A stretch of DNA of 64,000 nt from the NCBI GenBank assembly GCA_949284685.1, contig CASDWE010000002.1, forward strand, positions 83,064 to 147,063, written 5' to 3'. Positions 1 through 10,059 of the stretch are shown piece by piece; position 1 is the stretch's first letter, and each line of letters opens with the position of its first letter. This DNA comes from an uncultured bacterium (GTDB lineage Bacteria > Bacillota_I > Bacilli_A > RFN20 > CAG-826). Made by a program: the position numbers and the translations under genes. The notes below the pieces were generated by a model, which saw only the letters and a program-made list of their open reading frames with translations, was not told where the DNA came from and did not search any database.

Positions 1-624
1 CAAAAGCAATATAAATGCAACATTAAGACCAAAACCAATAATAATTAAAGGTAAAATTGGGATGGAAAAAGAATCGCCTATTTGTACAGCAGGAATAGCA
101 AATATGGTCGCAGATTCAAATATTAAAGACAAAATTCCTAATATAATTAACACAAATTGATAAACCATACTTGCCATAACCATAATAGAAGCTCCAGAAC
201 TAATGGATAGTCCTTGTTTTTTATAAGTATATGCTTGCATAAATTGTCCACCTGAAGCACCAGGCGTGACGCCATTATAAAATGTCCCGATTTGATCAAT
301 AGCAATAGCTTGATGATAATGATATTTTCTTGTATATAATCTAGCAAAGCAAAAATAAATAAGCGATCTAATTAACATTGTTAAAATAACAAGACCAAGA
401 CACAATAAGACCCATAGCCAATCAACATTTGAAAAAGAACCAACTATAGTATCATAATCAGTAAAAAAAGTTACACAAAAAGATGTAATAGTGACTATTA
501 AGACAATGACAATATTTAAAATATAACGAATATAAGAATTCTTTTTCTTTTTCTTCTCTTTTTCTTCGTTTTCTAGATTATCTTCATCATCAATTAGATT
601 TTTTTTGGTTTCTTCTTCACTCAT
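1..624 (-). CDS. Membrane protein of the LPG-synthase-TM / flippase-like (UPF0104) family. Its 3' end lies outside the window.
   Basis: It is absent from the ORF track because there is no stop in the window. Manual translation from the ATG at 622-624 gives MSEEETKKNLIDDEDNLENEEKEKKKKKNSYIRYILNIVIVLIV...IDQIGTFYNGVTPGASGGQFMQAYTYKKQG..., open for 208 codons down to position 1. It has several hydrophobic helices and the TPG-x-xGGQ loop typical of this family. Confidence 0.6.
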   Translation of the reverse strand, partial: MSEEETKKNLIDDEDNLENEEKEKKKKKNSYIRYILNIVIVLIVTITSFCVTFFTDYDTIVGSFSNVDWLWVLLCLGLVILTMLIRSLIYFCFARLYTRKYHYHQAIAIDQIGTFYNGVTPGASGGQFMQAYTYKKQGLSISSGASIMVMASMVYQFVLIILGILSLIFESATIFAIPAVQIGDSFSIPILPLIIIGFGLNVAFILLL

Positions 625-666
625 AATCCAATTTATTATACTTTTAGAAAAGCATAATAACAACTA

Positions 667-2754
667 TTAAAGATAGTCCCTCCAAGATAAATCATCACTA
701 TCATAAATTTTTGATGTGTCGATTTGTTGATCTGCGGTTTGTCTTATACAAAGCGGCCAATCAACATTATTTATCGTTGTTGATGAAGGAAAACTAGCTA
801 ACAAAAAGTGAGTATCGTTGATAGTAACATCAAAAGAATATGAGTTTCCAACCAAATTTCCTTCAACCCAACGTCCATCCTCACCAGATTTCCAAACCCA
901 AGCAAATATGTTTTTATCGTCTATTTCATCACTAGAAATATTAGAAACAGTAACAGTTAAATTGTTTTTATCTCTCTTATGATAAATGATTTCTTTATTT
1001 GCTTGATATTTTTCGTTACTTGCATAAATTTTTAAACTAATATCACCGCTTGTAATGCCATCGCCAATTTTAACTGTTGTTGACTTAGTAAATTCGACAT
1101 TGTCTCCATTATTTATTTGATAATATGAATAATCAGCGTTTGCGACACTAATTTCAACATCAATCGCGTCATAAATTAAATTTGAACCATCATTGCTTAC
1201 ATTTATAATTGGACGAAGAGGTATTTTTGGAGTATAAATAACAGCAATTTGAGAAGAATCCATCGTTCCAGAAATTACATTATTTGAAACAGTGAAAACA
1301 TTACCACTTACTTGATCAATGTATTGACCATCAACAAGTTGATCATATTCGACGCTGACAGATAAAGAATCTCCAGTATTTACAAGCATAATTCCGTAAT
1401 CATCGTCATGATTTTTAACATTGATAAATGTATTATTCTCATAATGAATATTATTAGTTGATCCAATGAATTGGTTATGAAATTTATTAACATGAGTTAT
1501 AACATTGCTAGCAAAATCATGAGTGGAAATTTGTCCTAAAGTCGCTCCACTTGTAGGACGAGCAAAATATAATGACGTGCTATCATTTCTAGATGCTGCA
1601 ATAGCATAAGCACGGTTGATAACTTGTTGAGAAATATTTGTTGTTTCTGCTGAATCATTAGCGTATGTATCATGGCTTTCACCCCATAAAACAGCTTTTT
1701 CTCCAACAAGAGAAGAATAAGAAAATACATTTTCATTCTTAATAGCGGATGTTGAATACAAAACGCTATTTAAAATATTTTTAGAAGCATTATTATCAGT
1801 TACCGACATCATATCACTATACCAAGAAATATCTCTACCATTACCAGGCGTATTTAATATTTCACCATAATAATATAAAGGCTCGTTACCTAGTGAAAGA
1901 TTATATTCTTGAGCGCCATTTAAAACATAATTCCAAAAATTAGAAGCATAATCACCATCAAAAGAAGTTTCAATATGTTTGGCAGCGTCAAATCTAAATC
2001 CAGAAACACCACAATCAACATATTCTTTTAATAATGAAAGAACACGTTCCTGAACAATAGAATTTTCTGTCATTAAATCAGGATAATCTCCCAAATGTCC
2101 TCTTACTAATTGTCTAGTATTAGAATCATTAACAAGACCATATCCTTTATGTATTAAATCATTATTATAAATTTCTGGTTCATAATTTTTAACATCTTGA
2201 TGAAAAGATTCACTACTTCCACCACCTAAATGATTACTAACGACATCTACAATAATTTTAATGCCATATTTATCCGCTTCTTCACACAAATCTTTTAATT
2301 CGCTTTTTGTACCTAGTGCATTATTTTTAGTTGCAATAGAAAAGCCTAAAGGCTGATATAGTTTCCACCAGTCACTTTTCCAGTTGGCCTGTCCACTATA
2401 ATCTTTTTGTGGTTGCATTGGAGAAGTTTGGATAGTGGTATAGCCTGCTGATGCAATTTCTGGCAAAGCATTTTTAATATTTGTCATTGACCAATTCCAA
2501 GCATGCAAAATAACGCCTTCTTGAATAGTATCAGCTAATCCATAATCCCCTATTTCAATATTACCGCCACCTTCACTAGTGTTGCTAGAAGTATTTTGAC
2601 TAGATGACTTAGTTGAACTATTTTGAGTATTGATGCTTGAATTATTATTCAAAGAAGAAGTCAGACTATTTAAAGAAGAACCATAATTATTAACACAAGA
2701 AGAAAGCAACAGTGCAAACATTCCTAATATTGGAAAAATTTTATATTTTTTCAT
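667..2754 (-). CDS. Secreted alpha-amylase lipoprotein (GH13)
   Basis: The 695-aa ORF has a signal peptide with lipobox LLLSSC and a Ser/Asn/Thr-rich linker. The four GH13 regions are present: DVVSNH, GFRFDAAKH, YYGEILN and WGESHD. About 200 aa of beta-rich C-terminal domains follow. A GAGGT Shine-Dalgarno sequence precedes the ATG. Confidence 0.9.
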   Translation of the reverse strand: MKKYKIFPILGMFALLLSSCVNNYGSSLNSLTSSLNNNSSINTQNSSTKSSSQNTSSNTSEGGGNIEIGDYGLADTIQEGVILHAWNWSMTNIKNALPEIASAGYTTIQTSPMQPQKDYSGQANWKSDWWKLYQPLGFSIATKNNALGTKSELKDLCEEADKYGIKIIVDVVSNHLGGGSSESFHQDVKNYEPEIYNNDLIHKGYGLVNDSNTRQLVRGHLGDYPDLMTENSIVQERVLSLLKEYVDCGVSGFRFDAAKHIETSFDGDYASNFWNYVLNGAQEYNLSLGNEPLYYYGEILNTPGNGRDISWYSDMMSVTDNNASKNILNSVLYSTSAIKNENVFSYSSLVGEKAVLWGESHDTYANDSAETTNISQQVINRAYAIAASRNDSTSLYFARPTSGATLGQISTHDFASNVITHVNKFHNQFIGSTNNIHYENNTFINVKNHDDDYGIMLVNTGDSLSVSVEYDQLVDGQYIDQVSGNVFTVSNNVISGTMDSSQIAVIYTPKIPLRPIINVSNDGSNLIYDAIDVEISVANADYSYYQINNGDNVEFTKSTTVKIGDGITSGDISLKIYASNEKYQANKEIIYHKRDKNNLTVTVSNISSDEIDDKNIFAWVWKSGEDGRWVEGNLVGNSYSFDVTINDTHFLLASFPSSTTINNVDWPLCIRQTADQQIDTSKIYDSDDLSWRDYL

Positions 2755-2912
2755 AAAAATACCTCATACGTAGAATATTATATCAAAATTATTATTAAAA
2801 TTTTAATGGTTATTTTCAATGTGCTTTTTTCTAGTATAAAAATATTTATATAAATATTTTTTCGTATTAACATTTAAATACTTTTATGATTAAATAACTT
2901 TTGGTTTATTTT

Positions 2913-4397
2913 ATGTTTAAAAAATTATTTCAACCACTAGATTTAACAAAAGGAAACATATATAAAATCATAATTATTTTTATGATTCCAATTGTTATAT
3001 CATACTTATTTCAGCAAGTTTATACACTTACGGATGCAATTATTGTCGGACAAAATTTAAGCACAAGCGAAGTAAATGGTGTTAATGACGTTTCTTCGTT
3101 AACTTTCATCGTTTTACAATTTGCTTTTGGATGCAGTGCTGGATTTAGCGTTATTTCAAGTGCTAAACAAGGTTCAAACGATATTGATGGTGTAAGAAAA
3201 TCTTTTTATGCACAGTTTATTTTATCTTTGATTATTTCCGTTTTTTTAACTATTCTCTCTTCACTATTAATAGATCCATTACTATCGTTAGTGGGTTTAA
3301 CTCCTTCAACAGGAGGTGCGACATATCAAGCTGCTAGAACATATATTTTGATTATATTTTTGGGTACTATTGGACAAGTTATGTATAATCAAATATGTTC
3401 TTTGTTACGTTCTATTGGCGATTCGTTGACTCCTTTAATTTTTTTAATAGCGTCAACGATTTTAAATATCGTTTTAGATTTATTATTTATCATTGCATTC
3501 AATTGGGGTGTTGCTGGAGCAGCAGGTGCAACAATATTATCTCAATTAATAAGCGCTATTGCATGTTACATATATACTTTTTATAAATATCCACATTTAC
3601 GATTTAAAAAAGAAGATATCAAATTGCCATTAAAATTTTATTGGGATCATTTAAAATTAGGATTGCCACTAGCGTTTCAATTTTCTATATTAGCTATTGG
3701 ATTAATAGTATTGCAATCTACAATAATTAAATTTGATACTACTTTAACAGGAGTTGTTATAGACCAAGGTCCTGCTCAACTTGCATATGGTGCATATTCA
3801 AAACTACATAATTTATTTTTGTGTCCTTTAAACGCTCTTGGCACTGCTATGTTATCATTTGTCGGACAAAATTATGGTGCAAAAGATAAAAATCGTATAC
3901 ACAAAGGTATAAAAGCATCTTTTGTCATGATGTTTATTATGTCTTTTGTCTTAATGGGTATTATGTTCCTATTAATGATAGACGATACCTATTTAAAAAT
4001 ATTTTATGCTGAAGATTCGATTACTGATGATGTTTCTAATTTAGCCAAAATTAATATATTGTCAACTTTCCCATTGCTTCCATTTTTAGGAATGATTTTT
4101 ATTTTGCGCTGTTCAATACAAGGCGTGGAAAAATCATACATATCTTTAATTGCAGGTGCAGGAGAACTACTAGCAAGAATATTAATTTGTATATATGGTC
4201 CATACATATTTGCTAATGCAATATCAGTTGATTTAGTTGCAAATATTAATTCTAATCCATGGCCATATATAATGGTTTGTCTAGCTGATCCAATCGCGTG
4301 GATTATCGCGGATATATGTTTAGGAATTGGCTGTATTATATATATTTATATGCCTTATAAAAAAGAATTCAAATTAAATAAAATAAATGAGAATTAG
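2913..4397 (+). CDS. MATE family efflux transporter
   Basis: The polytopic 12-TM-like profile and N-terminus (FKKLFQPLDLTKGNIYKIIIIFMIPIVISYLFQQVY.LTDAIIVG) are typical of MatE proteins. I prefer the ATG at 2913 over the track's TTG at 2901. There is no clear SD, so the start is uncertain. Confidence 0.8.
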   Translation: MFKKLFQPLDLTKGNIYKIIIIFMIPIVISYLFQQVYTLTDAIIVGQNLSTSEVNGVNDVSSLTFIVLQFAFGCSAGFSVISSAKQGSNDIDGVRKSFYAQFILSLIISVFLTILSSLLIDPLLSLVGLTPSTGGATYQAARTYILIIFLGTIGQVMYNQICSLLRSIGDSLTPLIFLIASTILNIVLDLLFIIAFNWGVAGAAGATILSQLISAIACYIYTFYKYPHLRFKKEDIKLPLKFYWDHLKLGLPLAFQFSILAIGLIVLQSTIIKFDTTLTGVVIDQGPAQLAYGAYSKLHNLFLCPLNALGTAMLSFVGQNYGAKDKNRIHKGIKASFVMMFIMSFVLMGIMFLLMIDDTYLKIFYAEDSITDDVSNLAKINILSTFPLLPFLGMIFILRCSIQGVEKSYISLIAGAGELLARILICIYGPYIFANAISVDLVANINSNPWPYIMVCLADPIAWIIADICLGIGCIIYIYMPYKKEFKLNKINEN

Positions 4398-4428
4398 CAA
4401 GTTTTTATAAAAATTTGCAATAATTTTA

Positions 4429-4740
4429 TTAAATATTATCATCTATTACTTCTATATAGAAAGATACTGGTCTAAATCCATCATTACAAGATATCATCGC
4501 GGATTTTTTATTTTTCATCCAACCTTCATGCATATTTTCACCACCATAAAATAATGTCATAACATATGGGTACATACTTAACCACGCGCTTTCACATAAC
4601 CCATTAGGTTTTTCTAATTTATCAAGAATAAAAACATCACCTATTCTTAAATTACACGGCATATCAATATAATTTTCATATTGTCTTGATAATTCTTTGT
4701 GATTAGATATTGCTTTAACAGTTATTTTAATTTTATTCAT
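4429..4740 (-). CDS. TIGR04076-family small Cys-containing protein
   Basis: The 103-aa ORF (..MPCNLRIGDVFILD...PNGLCESAW..MYPYVMTLFYGG...GWMK......ISCNDGFRPV.F.IE) matches my recollection of the TIGR04076 family. It overlaps the upstream gene by 8 nt. Confidence 0.55.
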   Translation of the reverse strand: MNKIKITVKAISNHKELSRQYENYIDMPCNLRIGDVFILDKLEKPNGLCESAWLSMYPYVMTLFYGGENMHEGWMKNKKSAMISCNDGFRPVSFYIEVIDDNI

Positions 4741-5608
4741 CGTTTTTCATACTCCTAATTAATTTTAATAAATATGACTTTAATTCGTCTTCTAATAAAA
4801 TTCCATCGCCATAATCTTTACTTAAATTTAATGCTGCTTGATGAAAAATTTCATCAGCATAGAAAACCTTATCAGCGTATTCTATATCATCATAAGATAA
4901 TATTCCTGATATGTATCCAGCAAGCATATCACCGCTTGATGCATGAGCTAAAACAGGTATTCCTTTGTAATTAGATTTATAATATTTTCCTTCACTAGTT
5001 ATAAAAATAGAATAGTAACTTTTTAATAATATATTTACGTTATATTTTCTAGCAAAATCGATTGCTAAATCAAGATAATCATCTGGTTTATTAGAAATAT
5101 AATCAACATTAAATAATGTGCACGCTTCTTTAATATGAGGGGTTAATAAAATGTTTGTTGTCTTTCGATTTGAGTTATTTAATAATTTTAATTTTTTTGT
5201 TAGCAAAATTATTCCAGAAGCATCAATAGTTAAATTAAATTTATAATTGTTAATAATAGCAGACAATGCATCTAAATTTATTTGATCAACATTAATGCCA
5301 TTGCCAAATAATATTGAATTATATTTATTTAAGTGAGAAACATTTATGCAATTAAAACTATCGCTATTTTCACTTGAAAAAATTTCATGAATGCACTGCT
5401 TATTTATCAGTGAAAGACTATTATTAAATACACTATCGGGAAGAGATAAACCTACGTAGCCTACCCCACTTAAAATGGCAAAATCGCTAGCAAGAATTGG
5501 CGCGCCAAAATATTGTTTTGATCCTCCTATAATTAAAATTCGTCCAAAATCACCTTTATTTGATTCTTTATTCCGATTAAAATAAATTTTCTTAATAATC
5601 TTTTTCAT
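4733..5608 (-). CDS. nnrD: ADP-dependent NAD(P)H-hydrate dehydratase (YjeF C-terminal / carbohydrate-kinase fold)
   Basis: The N-terminus KGDFGRILIIGGSKQYFGAPILAS and the C-terminal SSGDMLAGYISG motif are characteristic of NnrD. Confidence 0.8.
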   Translation of the reverse strand: MKKIIKKIYFNRNKESNKGDFGRILIIGGSKQYFGAPILASDFAILSGVGYVGLSLPDSVFNNSLSLINKQCIHEIFSSENSDSFNCINVSHLNKYNSILFGNGINVDQINLDALSAIINNYKFNLTIDASGIILLTKKLKLLNNSNRKTTNILLTPHIKEACTLFNVDYISNKPDDYLDLAIDFARKYNVNILLKSYYSIFITSEGKYYKSNYKGIPVLAHASSGDMLAGYISGILSYDDIEYADKVFYADEIFHQAALNLSKDYGDGILLEDELKSYLLKLIRSMKNDE

Positions 5609-5611
5609 TTT

Positions 5612-6481
5612 TTAACCTTGCCATGCACATATTAGTGTGATTTCTATACCTAAAACACCGTATTTTTTTATATTTTCTTTTGAATAATATTTAAGCATGT
5701 CATTAGGATTTGCCACTTCATTTGGTAAATATCCAAGAACTTCTTTATTAAATTTTTTATAAAGAGATTCAAAAGAGAGAAAATAATGTAATTTTTGAAT
5801 AAAAACTAAACATTTTTTATCATTTGTTTTATTGGTAAATTCAATATAATCATATTCTTTAAGTGTTTTTCTTTTTTCATCATTTAAACGCATTTCAATT
5901 GTTTTCGTTCTATTTATAATCATTTCAAAAGGATTATTAAATAAGTTCATTGCATAAATTTTTGGTTCCTCAAATCCATAAACTTTTTCAAAACAATTCA
6001 ATATTGATTCTTTATTTTTTATTTTGTAGAAATATTTTTCTTTTTTTATAAATCGAAATCCATTTTTGATTATTACTTTATTGCTTGCAATATTGTTTTC
6101 ATCACATCTTATAATAATTTTTGGAAATTTTTTAATTTTGAAGAGATAATTACAAAATTGATTTAAAGTTTCACTCATATAACCTTTATTCCAATATTTT
6201 TTGGAAAGGCAATAGCCGATTTGAGGTATTCCATTAATATAAGAAACGACATCTATAGATCCGATTAATTCATTGGTTTTCTTTAAAACAATGCCAAATC
6301 GAATAGCGGAATTATTTTTATAATCTTTTTCCCATTGTTTTAAAATATTTTTTGTTTCATCGATGCTTTTATGGGCATTCCATGTCATAAATTTGCAAAC
6401 TTCACTGTCAGAAGCCCAGTTGTTAAACATTTCTTCGGCGTCTTTTATGCTAAGTTTTCTTAAATAAATCATATATTCCAT
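5612..6481 (-). CDS. Fusion protein with an N-terminal GNAT (RimJ/RimL-like) acetyltransferase and a C-terminal ASCH domain
   Basis: Residues 1-165 follow the Acetyltransf_3 pattern (LRKLSIKDAEEMFNNWASDSEV.KFM.W....S.DETK..L..W...Y......FGIV.K..NELIGSID....N.....IGY.L.KKYWNKGYMSE). Residues 175-289 follow the ASCH pattern (FEMIINRTKTIEMRLNDEKRKTLKEYDYIEF...GVLGIEI). Confidence 0.65.
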   Translation of the reverse strand: MEYMIYLRKLSIKDAEEMFNNWASDSEVCKFMTWNAHKSIDETKNILKQWEKDYKNNSAIRFGIVLKKTNELIGSIDVVSYINGIPQIGYCLSKKYWNKGYMSETLNQFCNYLFKIKKFPKIIIRCDENNIASNKVIIKNGFRFIKKEKYFYKIKNKESILNCFEKVYGFEEPKIYAMNLFNNPFEMIINRTKTIEMRLNDEKRKTLKEYDYIEFTNKTNDKKCLVFIQKLHYFLSFESLYKKFNKEVLGYLPNEVANPNDMLKYYSKENIKKYGVLGIEITLICAWQG

Positions 6482-6565
6482 ATAAACATTTTAAACATAT
6501 TCAATTACATTTCTATACATAAATTAAAAGGACACGTTTGTGCCCTTTTATATCATTTAATTATA

Positions 6566-8956
6566 TTATTCAAGCGGCGGCAAATGAGAGATATCTACTT
6601 TTGTATTTCCTAAATTATAATATCTTGCAGTATAGACATCTTCAATTATGTAATTACCGCTTATTCTAGAGGCAGAAACTTTTAAAGTTGTTTGATTTGC
6701 GACGAAATCAATATTTAATTCAATTTCCACTTCTAAATAATCATAACTTGTTGAAAGACTATAATCGCCAAAGAAAATAGAAACAATAGTATTAGCAACA
6801 TAAATGGATGGCATTTGTGGATTGTCTATATATACAAATTGACCATCACTACCTTCAACATAAGTTAAATAACTAGCGTAATTAACAATATTGCTAGGAA
6901 CAAGTGTTCCATAATTTGGATATGTCTTAACTTCATAATAATTGTCAGTATAAGAAGTTAATATTGTATATTCGCCAGTCGAAGTTTGATTATAAATTAT
7001 AAAGTTACCTACACCATCATCGACAAAATACATTTCTCTTTCATCAGATTGGACTTGTCTAACCGCTGTGTCGGTAAAATAAAATGTTTCCACTTCGGTT
7101 GTTGTTTGATAAACATCACCTTTTGTTTGAGTTGAAGCATCATAATTGTAATAAGTTTTTGTATGAGTTAGTTCGACTGTTGAATTAACTGTGGATGCAA
7201 AATATTTATTTAAATATTCGGAAAGAGAATTAGTGCCCATTTGATAAAGTCGAATGTAAAAATATCTATTTGAACTTTGCAAAACTTCAATATGATAATA
7301 TCCACTTCCATCTTCTTTTTCTAAAACCCAAATATTTCCACTTGAATTAGTCCAACCGATTTCTTCTAATTTAGCAGTATATTCTGCAAGTATTTCATCA
7401 GCCTTATTATTAGTGTCTATAATTGAAAGTTGAGCATATGTTTTTCCAGCATAGGTTGTTTCAAAGAAGTTTCTGCTATTTGAACTGGAATAATCCAAAT
7501 AGTTAATAAATGGAAGAATATTATCAAAATTTTCTCCAAGATATTTGCTAATCAAAGTTGAAATATCACTTCCAAAATCAGACCATTTTTCATAAGTTAT
7601 TTCTTGATATGGCTCAAATTCGTATGTATTTAATGCATTAATATTTGTTATTTGACATTTAACATGTCCGCTTATTTGATTATTATAAGAATCAACATAA
7701 GCAAAATCATAATCAATTGTTGCACCATCTTCAGTTATTGTAACTTTATATGTTCCTGGAACTAAATTTGCTAAATAACCTTGAAAGTTATAAGTAAAAT
7801 CGACACATCCATACATTGCATAAGAACCATTAAATTGTTCTTTAAGTGTAAATGTTCCATCTGAATTTGCATCAAATAATGCGGGTGATAATTCAAAATT
7901 GCTTCTAAACATATTTATGTTTAAATCACTAACAGGATAATCAGTGCCAACTAAAACGTTGTCCACTAATTCGACATTATGAAGTCCGCTGCTGTCTTGA
8001 TATAGTCCAGAGGTTTCGTTTGTATATGTTCTTAACAAATAATTTTCGTGACTATAAATATTAAAGATTGTTTCCATTGTGGAAACGCTTCCGCCAGTTC
8101 TTGTAACTAATACTTCATAATTATTGTTTTTTAAAGAATTAAATAGTTCTTGTAATCGAGCATGCTCAGGCAAAGTAGGAAGTATTTCAACTTCAACAAA
8201 ATCTACCTCATCTTGACTAATAATTTCAAATGTATATGTAGCGGTAGCGTTCATGACAATGGTCACGTCATCAAAACTTTCTTCTATGCGTTCGTGTCCA
8301 ATAATTTCACCAGATATTTTTCCTTCATTAATTGTTAAAATAAATGAATTAATAGGAATATCTTCATAACCGGTTAATCCATAAACAATGTCATCTCTAA
8401 AATCATCAATACCGGAAACTTCGACTTCTGTTTCAGAAATTTGTTCAAGATTATCTAGACTTAATTGTGCGAACGGATTGCCGTAATATTCATCAAAATT
8501 GACGGGAGTCGTTTGATCAATCATTTCAACACTGTCGATAAATGTATTATCGTAGTTTAAGTATCTATTAACAGCGTTTCCATCTTCATTTTTATACTTT
8601 TCAAGAGGATTATAGACTAATTCCCCATCTTCATCTTTTAATGTCAAATAAAATGTATCGCCATCATGATAAGATGTAGCTTGATATGTGTATTCGCCAA
8701 AGATACTGCCGTCTTCTGATGATGATGAAACATGTAAATAACCTTTTTGAGCAAAATCATCATCTTGTAACATTTCAAGCAAATTAGCCAAATCAATAGT
8801 TGTTTGACTAGTAGTGGTTTGTGAAGAAGTAGTTTGCGAAGAGGAAGAATCAGAAGATTGTGATGTTCCGCTGCTCAAACTAGATGATGAACCATTATTA
8901 ACACAACCCGTCAAGGTTAACATTAATAAAGAAAATAAAGATAATAACTTTTTCAT
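6566..8956 (-). CDS. Large lipoprotein of unknown function
   Basis: The 796-aa ORF has a signal peptide with lipobox LTLTGC and an SSSQTTSSQTTTSQTT linker. The body is acidic and Tyr/Asn-rich with no motif I recognise. AAAGGAG lies upstream of the ATG. Confidence 0.7.
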   Translation of the reverse strand: MKKLLSLFSLLMLTLTGCVNNGSSSSLSSGTSQSSDSSSSQTTSSQTTTSQTTIDLANLLEMLQDDDFAQKGYLHVSSSSEDGSIFGEYTYQATSYHDGDTFYLTLKDEDGELVYNPLEKYKNEDGNAVNRYLNYDNTFIDSVEMIDQTTPVNFDEYYGNPFAQLSLDNLEQISETEVEVSGIDDFRDDIVYGLTGYEDIPINSFILTINEGKISGEIIGHERIEESFDDVTIVMNATATYTFEIISQDEVDFVEVEILPTLPEHARLQELFNSLKNNNYEVLVTRTGGSVSTMETIFNIYSHENYLLRTYTNETSGLYQDSSGLHNVELVDNVLVGTDYPVSDLNINMFRSNFELSPALFDANSDGTFTLKEQFNGSYAMYGCVDFTYNFQGYLANLVPGTYKVTITEDGATIDYDFAYVDSYNNQISGHVKCQITNINALNTYEFEPYQEITYEKWSDFGSDISTLISKYLGENFDNILPFINYLDYSSSNSRNFFETTYAGKTYAQLSIIDTNNKADEILAEYTAKLEEIGWTNSSGNIWVLEKEDGSGYYHIEVLQSSNRYFYIRLYQMGTNSLSEYLNKYFASTVNSTVELTHTKTYYNYDASTQTKGDVYQTTTEVETFYFTDTAVRQVQSDEREMYFVDDGVGNFIIYNQTSTGEYTILTSYTDNYYEVKTYPNYGTLVPSNIVNYASYLTYVEGSDGQFVYIDNPQMPSIYVANTIVSIFFGDYSLSTSYDYLEVEIELNIDFVANQTTLKVSASRISGNYIIEDVYTARYYNLGNTKVDISHLPPLE

Positions 8957-9184
8957 AATTAACTCCTTTCATGCAAATAACTTGATGTTATATTTTTACA
9001 TAAAAAATCGTTTTGTGCAAAATTATATTTAAACGAATATGATATCTTGATTAACATTTTTTTGATAGAAATAGAAATTTATGGTTTATTTTTAAAAATT
9101 GAAAATAAAAAATATGTATAATTGATTCTATATATTCAAGGCAAAGTAAATTTATTAATATTTTATTTTGCCTGCTAAATCACA

Positions 9185-10036
9185 TTAAATTTTAGAGCAA
9201 CTGTATAGCAATAACATTGTTTGATAATGTTTCACATTATTGTAAGTTGAAATAATAAAAGACAACGCAAAACACATTAATAATGATTCATCTTCGTCAT
9301 TTTCATACATTTCTAAAGAAGCAAAAGAGTCTGGCCTTTTATCAGAAAAATATCCAAAATCAATAATTGCTACAAGTATTGAAGCTTTTAATGAATTGCT
9401 TTTTTTATAAATGCCCATATAATGGTTTCCCTTATTATCTTCTATTGGAACAATATCGTACGGTGAAATGTTTTTAAATAAATCTAAGCAAAATTTGCTT
9501 GCATTATAAAATGCATTGCAAATTAAATTTCCATTTTCATTTAATATTGTTGTCCCTTTATACCCTTTATCAATAAGTTTATATTTATTATTGCCAACCT
9601 TTACAAAATAAATATTTTTGCTATCTTTTTTTAATTCATAACAATCATTTTGATAAAAACATATAATTTGATTTTTGTAAGTGTTGTTTGTTAATATATA
9701 ACGGTAACTCTGTTTTTTTCGTCTTTTATATACAAAACTATAATAATCAGAAAAATAATCTACACTAATCTTTTGAAATTTGGACAAAAGTCTAGGTTTA
9801 GAAAATATTTTTTCTATTTTAGACCATTTATCTGAGCAATATCTATACATATAGATAGAGGCTCTTAAAGAATCGTTATCTTTTGAATAACATATTGATT
9901 GATAGGCAGATTTTTTAAAAGCATTAAAATCTAAAGATAAATCTTTGGGTTCGTAATTTAATGTCTTAAAATATGTTTTAACGATTTGGATAAATTTTTT
10001 AGTCATAATTCTTATAATTTTCCCATTTGTCGTCAT
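9185..10036 (-). CDS. Hypothetical protein (Tyr/Lys/Asn-rich, cytoplasmic)
   Basis: The 283-aa ORF has native-like composition, no TM segment and no motif I recognise. There is no obvious SD, so the start is uncertain (alternative Met at residue 11). Confidence 0.5.
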   Translation of the reverse strand: MTTNGKIIRIMTKKFIQIVKTYFKTLNYEPKDLSLDFNAFKKSAYQSICYSKDNDSLRASIYMYRYCSDKWSKIEKIFSKPRLLSKFQKISVDYFSDYYSFVYKRRKKQSYRYILTNNTYKNQIICFYQNDCYELKKDSKNIYFVKVGNNKYKLIDKGYKGTTILNENGNLICNAFYNASKFCLDLFKNISPYDIVPIEDNKGNHYMGIYKKSNSLKASILVAIIDFGYFSDKRPDSFASLEMYENDEDESLLMCFALSFIISTYNNVKHYQTMLLLYSCSKI

Positions 10037-10059
10037 ATCTATAAAAATGTTAAAACATT

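Noticed and set aside
147-347. 66-aa minus-strand ORF
   Set aside because: It is out of frame inside the longer membrane-protein CDS (1..624), which is open across the whole interval. Its translation is low-complexity junk.
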